Below are positions 50,048 to 60,568 of a DNA stretch of 64,000 nt, piece by piece. Below the pieces are notes generated by a model that saw only the letters and a program-made list of their open reading frames with translations, did no database searches and was not told the origin of the DNA. Source of the DNA: an uncultured Algibacter sp. (GTDB lineage Bacteria; Bacteroidota; Bacteroidia; Flavobacteriales; Flavobacteriaceae); NCBI GenBank assembly GCA_937958265.1, contig CALGNX010000004.1:2063-66062 (forward strand), read 5' to 3'. The position numbers and the translations under genes are program-made. Each line of letters opens with the position of its first letter. Within the stretch, counting starts at the first letter, position 1.

Positions 50048-51508
50048 TTAACGCTTATAAAGCATTTCTGTATTTACACCTTTTTCTGTAGTAACAGCTA
50101 TTATGTATACACCAGCTGTTAATGTGGTCATATTTATTTTATTTGCTGCTTTCGTGTTAAAAGATGCTGTATCTACATTCATTATTTTTTGCCCTTGTAA
50201 GTTATAAACGGTTACACCGGTAATAGTTTGTGTAGTGTTAATAGATACAATATTATCAACAGGGTTAGGTGTTATTGTGAATGAGCGTGTGCCTTCTAAA
50301 GGATCGTTGCTAGATAGTGTAGGTGTTAATTCTGAGAATTGAGTTCCTGGCTCAAATGCTTCTATATCTGTAAATTCTGGTGCTTCTTCTTCAATAAAGT
50401 CGCTACCCTTTTGAAATATTTCACCACTAGGATTTCGAACATTATTATAAGCATAGTTATCAGAATTACTACCTCTTTTTTGAAAATACGCTAATATAGG
50501 TGTAGTTGTGTCACTCATATTAAATATGTTGTCAAAAATCACATTTCTATATTCAGTAAATTCAATAAGGTTTTCTTGGTTATCTCTTTCTACAATTTGT
50601 ATGCCTTTTTCTATATCAAAGTTGTTATTCTGATTAAATGTATTATTACTAACATAGCAGTAAGCACCTTTTAAATCTATAAAGGAATCTTGAAAGTCTT
50701 TCTTAAAAATACCTCTACCATCAAAAGTGTTGTTTGTTATATAAATATTTGCGCTACCTTCTCTTACATCAATATGTTCTGCAGTAACACCAGGACCAAT
50801 CTGGCAGTCTTTTATCGTAATGTTATACACTCCAGGGTTATAAAAACGGCCACATCTACCTTCGTCTCTTTTCCATTGTGCGCAATAAGGTTCAGAACCA
50901 ACAGCGTTGTATTCTAGGTTATGCACAGATCTGTCTGAGCCTATGTATATGCCTTCGCCAAAATCCGTTTTGTTAGGATTTCTCCCTGTATCATGTATAA
51001 AGCAATTTGTTGCACTACTGTTTGTTGTGCCATGTCTAAAGTGTAAAGCTTCTTCACCTATATCATGTATCTCTAAGTTTTCAAGTTTTGTGTAATCTGC
51101 ATTATCTAAAATAACCCCTTTAGATCCGGTTCTGAATTCAATATCTTTAATTACCCAATAGTTTCCTTCTAAACCTACTAAATAACCATCGTTATAATCG
51201 ACACCCTTCATAATAGGTTTAGCGTTAGCATTTGCGCCTCTTAATATAATAGGGTTGTTTGCTGTTCCGTTTTTGTTAGAGTATAAGTATGCGGCTCTTG
51301 CAAATGCTCCAGAAATCTTATCTGAGTTCGTGAAATTGTAAGTTCCAGATGCAATAACAATTTCATCACCTGCATTGGCGTTAGCCATTGCGTTTTGGAT
51401 ACAATCTATAGTTGAGCAATTAATTACTTGTGCTTCGGTATTAAAGCTCATAAATACTGCTAGTAATAATGGTAGCAACCCAATGTGTTGTTTGTAGTTT
51501 TTATACAT
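50048..51508 (-). CDS. Secreted right-handed parallel beta-helix repeat protein with a T9SS type A C-terminal sorting domain
   Basis: It has a signal peptide. The N-terminus (IQNAMANANAGDEIVIASGTYNF) and repeated I/V-x-N turns fit a pectate-lyase-fold beta-helix. The last ~80 aa (ITPNPVDNIVSIN...VTVYNLQGQKI...LTAGVYIIAV) are a Por secretion tail. Confidence 0.75.
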   Translation of the reverse strand: MYKNYKQHIGLLPLLLAVFMSFNTEAQVINCSTIDCIQNAMANANAGDEIVIASGTYNFTNSDKISGAFARAAYLYSNKNGTANNPIILRGANANAKPIMKGVDYNDGYLVGLEGNYWVIKDIEFRTGSKGVILDNADYTKLENLEIHDIGEEALHFRHGTTNSSATNCFIHDTGRNPNKTDFGEGIYIGSDRSVHNLEYNAVGSEPYCAQWKRDEGRCGRFYNPGVYNITIKDCQIGPGVTAEHIDVREGSANIYITNNTFDGRGIFKKDFQDSFIDLKGAYCYVSNNTFNQNNNFDIEKGIQIVERDNQENLIEFTEYRNVIFDNIFNMSDTTTPILAYFQKRGSNSDNYAYNNVRNPSGEIFQKGSDFIEEEAPEFTDIEAFEPGTQFSELTPTLSSNDPLEGTRSFTITPNPVDNIVSINTTQTITGVTVYNLQGQKIMNVDTASFNTKAANKINMTTLTAGVYIIAVTTEKGVNTEMLYKR

Positions 51509-52165
51509 AAAATTAGTTTTTATTTTAACCTAAGGTATTTAATATCTTACTTATAGCATATTTTTTTCGTTATTATTTGTTTTTTTTTCGTTAAAAAGGA
51601 TTTTTGGTCTTAGTAGAAGTGACATTGGTCGGATTTTATTTGTTAAGACTGTGCAAGTGTATTACTTGCTGTGTCTTAGTCTTTTTGTTATTTAATTCGT
51701 TTTAATATTTTTTTGTAACACGAAAAAGTCACAATATATCGCGTTTTTTTCTTTACAATAGGTTGTTTAATTATGGATAAAAATTCATGCGCTAATACTT
51801 TCTGTTTTGCAGTCTCACATCTAATGTAGATTAATTAACATCAACACATTCTAAAATTGTACATTAACAAAATAAGGTTTAATCCTTTGTTGCAGAAAGA
51901 CATGCTATTCAAATAACATTATTTTGTTTGGAAAATGCATGTTAAAAGCTTGTTGTTTTAATTTAGAAATTATGAATTGTATTTTTAACTAAAACCATAA
52001 TAAAATTAACTTTGTTAAGCTAGTTTTTTTTTAATTATTTATATACATCATAACCCCTCTAAATAGGCTAAAGATTATATATTTGCGTAAGCTGTTTTTG
52101 AAAATATATTTTTATTTCAATCAGCACGTTTTAAAGCCATTAAATACAAATCATAATTACTGAAA

Positions 52166-54199
52166 ATGAACAAAGACATTAATTTACAAGCAGCCGATAA
52201 TATTAGAGCATTAGCTGTAGCTATGGTAGAAAAAGCAAAATCAGGCCATCCAGGCGGACCAATGGGAGGGGCTGATTTTATGCATATTCTGTATTCTGAA
52301 TTTTTTAATTTTGATCCTTCTGATATGACTTGGGCATTTAGAGATCGCTTCTTTATGGATGCGGGACACTTGTCTACTTTAATGTATGCGCAATATTATC
52401 TTTTAGGAAATTATTCAAAACAAGATGTTTCTAATTTTAGGCAGTGGGGTTCCATTACTCCAGGGCATCCAGAAGTTGATGTTGCTAGAGGTATTGAAAA
52501 CACGTCTGGGCCACTAGGTCAGGGACACACTATGGGTGTGGGTGCTGCCATTGCTGCAAAGTTTTTACAAGCGCGTTTTGGAGATTGGATGAATCATAAA
52601 GTTTATGGGTTTATTTCAGATGGTGGAATCCAAGAGGAAATTTCTCAAGGAGCAGGACGTATTGCAGGGCATTTAGGCTTGAGTAATTTTATAATGTTTT
52701 TCGATTCTAATGATATTCAATTATCAACAGCTACAGATGAGGTAACAAGCGAAGATACTGCTGCTAAATATGAAGCTTGGGGTTGGCGTGTAGTAACTAT
52801 TGATGGACACGATCACGAGGCTATTAGAAAAGCATTAAAAGATGCTAATAACGAAACTGAAAAGCCAACACTAATTATTGGTAAAACAATAATGGGTAAG
52901 GGGTGTGTAACTGCAGATGGAAGTATGTTTGAGGGGCACTGCGAATTGCATGGCCAGCCTATTGGAGCATCTGGTGCAGATTACGAAAAAACATTATTAA
53001 ATTTAGGTGCAAGTGTTGAAAATCCGTTTGATATTTTTGAAGAAGTAAGCGATTTTTATACAGAGATACTGGCTAAAAAAACCGCACAAGCTTCAGAAAA
53101 GAAAACGGCTATTAATGCGTGGCGATCTGCAAACGAAGCTTTGGCTAGTAAATTAGATTTCTTTTTAGCAGGAAAACTGCCTGAGTTGGATTTTGAATCT
53201 ATTGTACATAAAGCAGGTATAGCCTCTAGAGCTGCATCGTCTAACGTTTTAGCATATTTAGCTGAAAATGTTGAGAACATGATTGTGTCTTCTGCAGATT
53301 TATCAAATAGTGATAAAACAGACGGGTTTTTAAAGAAAACCCAGGCCCTTAAAAAAGGTGATTTTAGTGGTTCTTTTTTACAAGCAGGTGTTGCAGAATT
53401 AACCATGTCTTGTATTGCAAATGGTATAGCACTACACGGTGGTATTATTCCTGTTGTAGCAACATTCTTTGTGTTTTCAGATTATATGAAACCAGCTATT
53501 CGATTAAGTGGTATTCAAGAATTAGGCGTAAAGTATGTTTGGACGCACGATGCTTTTAGAGTTGGTGAAGATGGACCAACACACCAACCTGTTGAGCAAG
53601 AAGCGCAAATACGTTTGTTGGAGAAACTTAAAAACCATAGTGGTAAAAATAGTTTCTTGGCTATGCGTCCAGCAGATTCTGCTGAAACGAGCGTGGCTTG
53701 GAAAATGGCTATGGAAAACACAAATACACCCTCTGGTTTAATTTTATCTAGGCAAGGTATTAAAGATATTGAGGCACAAGGGGCATCAAGATATCAGGAA
53801 GCCTTAGCGGCAGAAAAAGGTGGCTATTTAGTAAAAACGGTTGAGAATCCGGATGTTGTTTTAATAGCTAATGGATCTGAGGTTGCTACATTAATTGCAG
53901 CCGCAGAGATTTTGGAATCTGAAAATAATTTAAAAGTAAGTATTGCCTCTGTAATTTCAGAAGGTGTTTTTAGAAACCAACCCAAAGCTTACCAAGAAAG
54001 TATTATTCCTAATGGGAAACCAGCATTTGGTTTAACAGCAGGTTTGCCTGTAAATTTGGAAGGCTTAGTAGGTGCTCACGGTAAAGTATTTGGTCTAGAG
54101 CATTTTGGGTACTCTGCACCAGCAACAGTGCTTGATGAGAAATTTGGATTTACAGGAGCACAAGTTAGTAAGCAAGTCTTGGCGTATTTAGGTAAATAA
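52166..54199 (+). CDS. tkt: Transketolase
   Basis: SGHPGGPMGGADF, the ThDP motif ISDGGIQEEISQGA and GEDGPTHQPVEQ are present. Confidence 0.95.
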   Translation: MNKDINLQAADNIRALAVAMVEKAKSGHPGGPMGGADFMHILYSEFFNFDPSDMTWAFRDRFFMDAGHLSTLMYAQYYLLGNYSKQDVSNFRQWGSITPGHPEVDVARGIENTSGPLGQGHTMGVGAAIAAKFLQARFGDWMNHKVYGFISDGGIQEEISQGAGRIAGHLGLSNFIMFFDSNDIQLSTATDEVTSEDTAAKYEAWGWRVVTIDGHDHEAIRKALKDANNETEKPTLIIGKTIMGKGCVTADGSMFEGHCELHGQPIGASGADYEKTLLNLGASVENPFDIFEEVSDFYTEILAKKTAQASEKKTAINAWRSANEALASKLDFFLAGKLPELDFESIVHKAGIASRAASSNVLAYLAENVENMIVSSADLSNSDKTDGFLKKTQALKKGDFSGSFLQAGVAELTMSCIANGIALHGGIIPVVATFFVFSDYMKPAIRLSGIQELGVKYVWTHDAFRVGEDGPTHQPVEQEAQIRLLEKLKNHSGKNSFLAMRPADSAETSVAWKMAMENTNTPSGLILSRQGIKDIEAQGASRYQEALAAEKGGYLVKTVENPDVVLIANGSEVATLIAAAEILESENNLKVSIASVISEGVFRNQPKAYQESIIPNGKPAFGLTAGLPVNLEGLVGAHGKVFGLEHFGYSAPATVLDEKFGFTGAQVSKQVLAYLGK

Positions 54200-54234
54200 A
54201 ATGTTACTTATTTAGTATTCTAAATATTAAAATT

Positions 54235-54282
54235 AAAAGAGCTTCTTATTTCTTTAGCGGAAATTAAGGAGCTTTTTTATTT
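54235..54282 (+). terminator. Probable rho-independent terminator after tkt
   Basis: A long hairpin (AAAAGAGCTTCTT...AAGGAGCTTTTTT, 13 pairs including two G-U, with an inner ATTTC/GAAAT stem) ends in a T-run. Confidence 0.6.
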
Positions 54283-54723
54283 TATAAAAGTAATTTACAA
54301 GCAAGCAAATTAATTTCTATTATATTAGTAGTGGAGTAAAGGTATTGAGTATCTAGTTTTTAGCTAGGCTTGTGTTCAAAAAAGAAATAAAATATTAATT
54401 AAGAAAAGTGCTTAATTACATAAAATATAGTTTTTTCGAGTACAAAAGGGAGATAATTTATTTTACACCAAAACGGTGTACATGTGTTGTTTAATAGTCG
54501 CGAAAATAACAGGAAAATAAAATGTCTATGTATAATTAAAAGTACAGCAACCAAAGTTTAGTTTTTTTAGAAGATATATTTCTATTCCTATTAAAGGAAA
54601 CCACCCTGCTTATAATAACAATAAGATAAACGTATTTATGGCAGGAGGGTTTAAAATTAGAAGTATGCCATAATTGAAAAAATAAACAATAAAAAACATA
54701 GGTAACAATTAAAATAAAAAAGC

Positions 54724-56514
54724 ATGGTTTTAAAAAGGAAAGCAGTTATTTATCATGTATTTACAAGGTTATTTGGTAACACTAATACCTCAAATAAACC
54801 CTGGGGAACTTTAGAGGAAAACGGTGTTGGTAAATTCAACGATTTTACGGCAAAAGCGCTTACCGAAATTAAAAAGTTAGGCGTAACGCATATTTGGTTT
54901 ACCGGCGTACCACACCATGCTGTTATTCGAGATTATACTAAATATGGTATATTAAACGACGATCCGGATATTGTAAAAGGTCGTGCAGGGTCGCCTTATG
55001 CCGTAAAAGATTATTATAATGTAAATCCAGATTTGGCAGTCCATGTTGAAAATAGGTTGGCAGAATTTCAAGAGCTTATTAAGCGAACACACCAAGCAGG
55101 CTTAAAAGTTATTATCGATATTGTGCCCAACCACGTAGCGCGAAATTATAAAAGCATAACCAAACCAAAGGGTGTAAGAGATTTTGGTGAGGATGATGAT
55201 ACAACAGTTGTATATCATAAAAATAATAACTTTTATTACAACCCACAAGAAGCTTTTAAAATACCAATTTGGCATAACCATTATACACCTTTGGGTGGCG
55301 AGTTAAATCCACTTATAAACGGTAAGTATATAGAAAATCCTGCAAAGTGGACGGGTAATGGATCCAGATTATCGCAGCCAGCGATGAACGATTGGTATGA
55401 AACCGTAAAAGTAAATTACGGCGTATCACCCGAAGGGCGTAAAGATTTTAATACACTCCCCGACGGTTTTGAGAATGAAGATTATCAAACACATTTTAAT
55501 TTCTGGAGCGACAAAACAGTGCCAAATTCCTGGCTAAAATTTAAAGATATAGCATTGTACTGGTTAGCAATGGGGGTCGATGGTTTCCGGTATGATATGG
55601 CAGAAATGGTACCCGTAGAGTTTTGGAGCTACATGAACTCCGCTGTAAAAATGAAAAATCCCAATGCGTTTTTATTAGCCGAAGTATATAATCCATCCCT
55701 TTATAGAACTTATATTAAACAAGGTAAAATGGATTATCTGTACGACAAAGTACAGCTTTACGATACGTTAAAAGGTGTAATACAAGGCCATGCTAATACC
55801 GGTGATATCCCACCAATTTTCGATAATCTGCAGGATATTGAACACCATATGTTACACTTTCTAGAAAATCACGATGAGCAGCGTATCGCCAGTCCACAAT
55901 TTGCAGGTAATGCAATAAAAGGAAAACCAGCTATGGTAGTTTCAGCAACCTCATCAACAGCACCAACAATGGTTTATTTTGGTCAGGAAGTAGGCGAAGA
56001 TGCATCTGAAAATGCTGGATTTGGCGCGCCCTCAAGAACTTCAATTTTCGATTATGTTGGCGTTCCTGCGCATCAGCGTTGGTTTAACAACAAAAAGTGC
56101 GACGGTGGGCAATTAACTCATCAAGAAAAAACGCTAAGAGAATTCTATAAAAATCTATTAAATTTTACAGTAGGTAGTTCGGCTTTAATGGGCGAATATC
56201 AAGATGTTCATAGGTTTAACCAACATCACACCGAATATTATAACAATAAAGTATTATCTTTTGTACGCTGGAGCCCTAACGAAAAACTTATTATTATATC
56301 AAATTTTGATAGTTTTGATGCCTTTGGTTTTGAGTTAAAAATACCGCAAGACGTTATAGCTAAATGGAACTTTAGTAACGGGCAATATCAAACAAAAGAT
56401 CAATTATACAATACATACAGTTCAATTTTAAAAGTTGAAAACGGTCTAGGTGTAATTCGTATTGATATAAAACCATTAGAATCTGTAATATTAAAAGTTA
56501 TAAGTAAAATATAA
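54724..56514 (+). CDS. GH13 alpha-amylase family glycoside hydrolase; no signal peptide, so probably cytoplasmic
   Basis: The four GH13 regions are present: DIVPNHVA, GVDGFRYDMAEM (nucleophile), LAEVY (acid/base) and LENHDEQR. Confidence 0.85.
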   Translation: MVLKRKAVIYHVFTRLFGNTNTSNKPWGTLEENGVGKFNDFTAKALTEIKKLGVTHIWFTGVPHHAVIRDYTKYGILNDDPDIVKGRAGSPYAVKDYYNVNPDLAVHVENRLAEFQELIKRTHQAGLKVIIDIVPNHVARNYKSITKPKGVRDFGEDDDTTVVYHKNNNFYYNPQEAFKIPIWHNHYTPLGGELNPLINGKYIENPAKWTGNGSRLSQPAMNDWYETVKVNYGVSPEGRKDFNTLPDGFENEDYQTHFNFWSDKTVPNSWLKFKDIALYWLAMGVDGFRYDMAEMVPVEFWSYMNSAVKMKNPNAFLLAEVYNPSLYRTYIKQGKMDYLYDKVQLYDTLKGVIQGHANTGDIPPIFDNLQDIEHHMLHFLENHDEQRIASPQFAGNAIKGKPAMVVSATSSTAPTMVYFGQEVGEDASENAGFGAPSRTSIFDYVGVPAHQRWFNNKKCDGGQLTHQEKTLREFYKNLLNFTVGSSALMGEYQDVHRFNQHHTEYYNNKVLSFVRWSPNEKLIIISNFDSFDAFGFELKIPQDVIAKWNFSNGQYQTKDQLYNTYSSILKVENGLGVIRIDIKPLESVILKVISKI

Positions 56515-56540
56515 AATTATAGTAAAAACAGGCAAAAATA

Positions 56541-56635
56541 ATTTGGGCGTTACCACAAGGGTCGGGCTATACGTTACAAGTCCGCGCACCTCCTAAAGTC
56601 GGGCTGTGGGCTTTTCACTACTATCCCTAACGCAA
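56541..56635 (-). repeat. GC-rich dispersed intergenic repeat, family A, copy 3 (inverted orientation)
   Basis: Its reverse complement aligns end to end with 39239-39333. It shares the same 3-nt indel state as copy 2 and has about 6 substitutions. It starts 26 nt after the GH13 stop codon. Confidence 0.85.
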
Positions 56636-56924
56636 GAACCTTTAAGCTTGTTGGCTTAACGCATAAGTTATAGTATTCCGTAATGGAAACGATTGTAAAA
56701 TTAAATAGAGCATCATTTTGGTAAACATATAACCGCTTAGGGGGTAATAAAATGGTAGTAGAAAAATTAATAGACTTAATGTATGTGGGTTAATCTTACG
56801 CGTTACATTAATGCAGAACGAAAAGAACGTTTAGTTAAGGGTTACACTAAATTAGATAAGTTGTATGGCTAAATGGTATAAACAATAATTCGTAATTTTG
56901 CCTCAAAAAAATCAAAATTCCATA

Positions 56925-59300
56925 ATGGATATTAATAACAATTTCGAAACACCTATGATGCTTAAAGTTGGTTTTAAAAAACTACTAGAGCATTACGAAA
57001 ATCTAGCAAAAAACAGTGAGGATGAATTCCTTTCTCTTAAAGCAGGGCGTGTTTTAAAAACAGCAGAACCATTTCCGGAGTTAAGAGCAGGGTTTAGCGA
57101 CACTCAAGTTTTGTTGGATAGAGAAAAAGAAATACAAATTATTCTTCAAGATTCTTTTGCGCCAATTTTATCGCAAAACGAAATTAAAACAGCATCGGTG
57201 CCATTTCACGATTTAATTTTTAATGCATCCGCACGTTTTAAAAATATAATTAAAACAGCAGGTTTAGATTTTGAGTTGAATATAAAAAATATGCCCGAGA
57301 ATGATAGGTATATTACAGCATGCGCCATTATTTTGAATTTCTGTTACGGCTATAATATAAATTTTAAGCGCCCTTTTTACTACGAAATACCAGACGCTAA
57401 AGGCATACTTCATTATTATAAGATATTGTATAATGCAGACTTTTGTGAGATTACTCCAACCAAAAAAGCAAAAAAAATAACAGAAGAAGATTATAACGAA
57501 TTGTTGGATAATTTTGAAAATATCAAGATTTGGAAACAAAAATTCCCACCTAATAGTTACATATTTAATGGCTTTGTAATATCAAATATTTTTGATGTTA
57601 CAGACGATCAATCCATTTCAAATATTAAATCTAGTTTGATAGCGGGTAGTAAGCTTAAAAATAAAAGATTTATGGGAGAGTTTCGCGAAATTTTCAGGTC
57701 GCTCCTTATGCTTAAAGATATTAATGTTGGATTTTCATTGTACAATAAAGATCAAGATGCATTCGAGCGTGTTTACGAAAACGGAATGAAAAGTTTCTTG
57801 TTGGGAGACAAGGATAATAAAAAATGTACAGATGCATTATGTAGGTGGTCTTATAATCGGTTGTTAAACGAAAATAAATATTTTTCAGTATCCAACGTGG
57901 ATCGTATGTTCGAGAAAGCAAAGGAACGAATGCCACATGTTATTAGTTTGCATGAACAAGGTATTAAGAGTGCTATTTTTGCACCAATAGCCAATAGTAA
58001 GGGGTTAATGGGTATTATAGAAATTGTATCTAGTAAACCGGGTGTGTTAAATAGTGTAAACGCAAATAAATTGGTGGATGTTATGCCATTTATTGTTTCC
58101 GCCGTAGAGCGCTCCAAAAAAGAAGAGGAAAATTTAATTGAAGCAGTAATTCAACAAGAGTGTACATCTGTTCATCCAAGTGTAAAGTGGCGATTTACTA
58201 AGGAGGCAAAGCGTTTTATAAGAGATAAATCAAAAGGTTCAGACCCAAGTTTTAAAAAAATAGCATTTAATAACGTTTATCCGTTATACGGTCAAATTGA
58301 TATTAAAGGCTCTTCCGAAGCAAGAAATTTAGCTACGCAGCAGGATTTAAGACTTCAGCTTAACGCTGTAAAAAATATTCTAGTCTTGGCAATAGAGGTT
58401 AAAAAGTTGCCTATTTATGAACAACACATTTTTCAAATAAATAATTTTCTTCAAGGTTTAAATAATAATTTTCAAGTAGATAGTGAGCAGCAAATTACAG
58501 GTTTTTTAACAGACGATATTAAACCTATTTTACAACACATAAATACAACAGGTAAATTAAATATTGCTGTAAACGCCTATTTGCAAAGCATAGACGACAA
58601 CTTGGGCATGGTTTATAACCATAGAAAGCAATACGATAAAACTGTAGCTTCTATAAATAGGGAAATGGCTTCTGTTTTGGATCGTAAGCAGGTTGAGGCA
58701 CAGGCCATGTATCCGCATTTTTTCGAACGGTTTAAAACAGATGGTGTAGAGCATAATATGTATATTGGAGAGTCCATTACTAAAAACAATAGCTTTAATT
58801 TGGTTTACTTGTACAACCTACGTTTGTGGCAATTACAAATTATGTGTGAAATGGAAAATAGTTATTACCAAATGAAATCAGGATACCCAATAGCTCTGGA
58901 TGTCGCTTCAATGATTTTGGTATTTAGTCAACCTCTTTCAATAAGCTTTAGAATGGATGAGAAACAATTTGATGTGGATGGTACTTACAATGCAAGATAT
59001 GAAATTGTGAAGAAGCGCGTGGATAAAGCGTTTATTAAGGGTACTAAAAACAGGCTTACACAACAAGGTAAAATAAGCATTGTGTACTCCCAAAAGCAAG
59101 ACGAAATAGAATACCTTAATTATATAAAGTTTTTACAATCTAAACATTATTTAGATACCGATGTGGAAATTGTTGAATTACAAGATTTACAGGCGGTAAC
59201 AGGTTTAAAGGCCATTCGAGTAAGCGTGCTTTATCATAAGGATAAAAATTCCGGTACGTGCTATACTTATAATGATTTAATGGCAACTTTAAAGGCTTAG
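56925..59300 (+). CDS. Large GAF-domain-containing protein of unknown function
   Basis: The central segment SAIFAPIANSKGLMGIIEIVSSKPGVLNSVNANKLVDVMPFIVSAVERS is a typical GAF C-terminal half. I do not recognise the flanking ~230 aa N-terminal and ~400 aa C-terminal regions. I chose the ATG at 56925 over the TTG at 56898. Confidence 0.6.
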   Translation: MDINNNFETPMMLKVGFKKLLEHYENLAKNSEDEFLSLKAGRVLKTAEPFPELRAGFSDTQVLLDREKEIQIILQDSFAPILSQNEIKTASVPFHDLIFNASARFKNIIKTAGLDFELNIKNMPENDRYITACAIILNFCYGYNINFKRPFYYEIPDAKGILHYYKILYNADFCEITPTKKAKKITEEDYNELLDNFENIKIWKQKFPPNSYIFNGFVISNIFDVTDDQSISNIKSSLIAGSKLKNKRFMGEFREIFRSLLMLKDINVGFSLYNKDQDAFERVYENGMKSFLLGDKDNKKCTDALCRWSYNRLLNENKYFSVSNVDRMFEKAKERMPHVISLHEQGIKSAIFAPIANSKGLMGIIEIVSSKPGVLNSVNANKLVDVMPFIVSAVERSKKEEENLIEAVIQQECTSVHPSVKWRFTKEAKRFIRDKSKGSDPSFKKIAFNNVYPLYGQIDIKGSSEARNLATQQDLRLQLNAVKNILVLAIEVKKLPIYEQHIFQINNFLQGLNNNFQVDSEQQITGFLTDDIKPILQHINTTGKLNIAVNAYLQSIDDNLGMVYNHRKQYDKTVASINREMASVLDRKQVEAQAMYPHFFERFKTDGVEHNMYIGESITKNNSFNLVYLYNLRLWQLQIMCEMENSYYQMKSGYPIALDVASMILVFSQPLSISFRMDEKQFDVDGTYNARYEIVKKRVDKAFIKGTKNRLTQQGKISIVYSQKQDEIEYLNYIKFLQSKHYLDTDVEIVELQDLQAVTGLKAIRVSVLYHKDKNSGTCYTYNDLMATLKA

Positions 59301-59326
59301 TAGGGTATGCTATGGCGTTATTAAAA

Positions 59327-60568
59327 TTAGCGTTTAGAGGTAGGTGCAGTGTGTTTATAGGGTGTGGGTATTACATCCTTTATCGCTGTACCATTACTTC
59401 TTAAAGCGTAACCAAAAGCAAATACAGAAACAATCATACCAATCATAAAAGTAGTATAGGTAACGCGTAGGATACGGTATTTTCTTTCTAGTACTTTGCC
59501 TAAAAAATAAAGATCTTTAGTAAGGGAGTTGTAAACGTAGTTTTTATCTTTTATAAGTTCTTCAACTGCCCATTCGTATTCTTTTAGGTCCATTTTATGG
59601 AAGTTTCCAAAAAAAGTGAGGTTTACATTCTTGTTCGCTACATCTTCTTTGGTGAATTCTCCACTTGTAATATTTGGCCTAGTCGCAATTATAGATAATA
59701 TCATGGAAATTATGCAAGACAATGTAAAAATAGCAGTAGGATAAATTAAGTAGGCATTATTGTCTAGTTTGGAAATTAAATTAGCCAATACCAACGATAT
59801 TATTATTGCATTAACCGATAATAAAATATTAGCTTTTGTATCTGCAATATCACTTAATTTTATGTGGTTTCTTAGGGCGACTCTGTAAAAGGTTTGTATG
59901 CCGCGTTCTGGACTTTCATTTTTATATTGTGCTTTGTATTTAGCTTTAAGTTGCTCTGCATTTACTTTAGCTTTTCTTTTCTTTTTTTGTTTTAGTAATT
60001 TGGATAAATTACTTTCTTTTTGAGATTGCCAGTTTTTAAGTGCGTAATCGGTATAGAATTCGTGCTTTTTAGCAAGTAACTTAATGTTTTCAGATGCCCA
60101 TTGCGATGGGGAATATGATTGGATACCTTGAATTTCCAATTCTTTCCTAAGAAATTCGCTAGCCTCTTTAAAATAAGGTTTCCCAAAGTGAGAGGTGTCG
60201 GCATCTCTAATAATTTTTTCAAGTTCTGTCTTTGGATAATTTTCAAATTTTGTAGCTAAAATACATGTATTTATAGCCTCAATAGTTTCTATTGGTGTAT
60301 TTCGTTTCTTTAAAAATTGAGTTGCAATTTTAACACTTTCTTCTTCATGGCCAGCACATACCTTTGTGTAACCTGTATCATGGAATATAGCCGATAATTC
60401 TAGTACTTCAGCATCTGCCTTACTAACCTCTGAGTTTTCAATAATTTCTCTAGTGCTACGCAGTACGCGCTCAGTATGTGTAAAATTATGATATATGAAT
60501 GTGGCGTCTAATTCGTTTTTAAACAAATCAAACACAAATTTTTCTGCGCTTTCAATTAATTCAGACAT
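59327..60568 (-). CDS. HD-domain phosphohydrolase fused to a C-terminal two-TM module (DUF5706 / Pycsar-effector-like)
   Basis: The N-terminal HD motifs are YHNFTHTERV and SAIFHDTGY. A Lys-rich linker follows. The C-terminal module (RGIQTFYRVALRNHIKLSDIADTKANILLSVNAIIISLVLANL ... second TM ... final TM) follows that. I chose the start at MSELIES (60568). Confidence 0.7.
   Translation of the reverse strand: MSELIESAEKFVFDLFKNELDATFIYHNFTHTERVLRSTREIIENSEVSKADAEVLELSAIFHDTGYTKVCAGHEEESVKIATQFLKKRNTPIETIEAINTCILATKFENYPKTELEKIIRDADTSHFGKPYFKEASEFLRKELEIQGIQSYSPSQWASENIKLLAKKHEFYTDYALKNWQSQKESNLSKLLKQKKKRKAKVNAEQLKAKYKAQYKNESPERGIQTFYRVALRNHIKLSDIADTKANILLSVNAIIISLVLANLISKLDNNAYLIYPTAIFTLSCIISMILSIIATRPNITSGEFTKEDVANKNVNLTFFGNFHKMDLKEYEWAVEELIKDKNYVYNSLTKDLYFLGKVLERKYRILRVTYTTFMIGMIVSVFAFGYALRSNGTAIKDVIPTPYKHTAPTSKR

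Noticed and set aside
52061-52095. A short match (AGGCTAAAGA..TTATAT) to the 5' part of repeat family B, upstream of tkt.
   Set aside because: Only about 15-20 nt are similar, which is too short to distinguish from chance. It is mentioned only as a possible degraded copy.
56640-56897. A non-coding stretch between family A copy 3 and the GAF gene. It has a long-range complementarity (TAACGCATAAG near 56657 and CTTACGCGTTA near 56796) that would include a G-U pair only on the minus strand.
   Set aside because: It is a single 11-nt imperfect pairing with no second supporting helix or conservation evidence. That is too weak to call an RNA gene.
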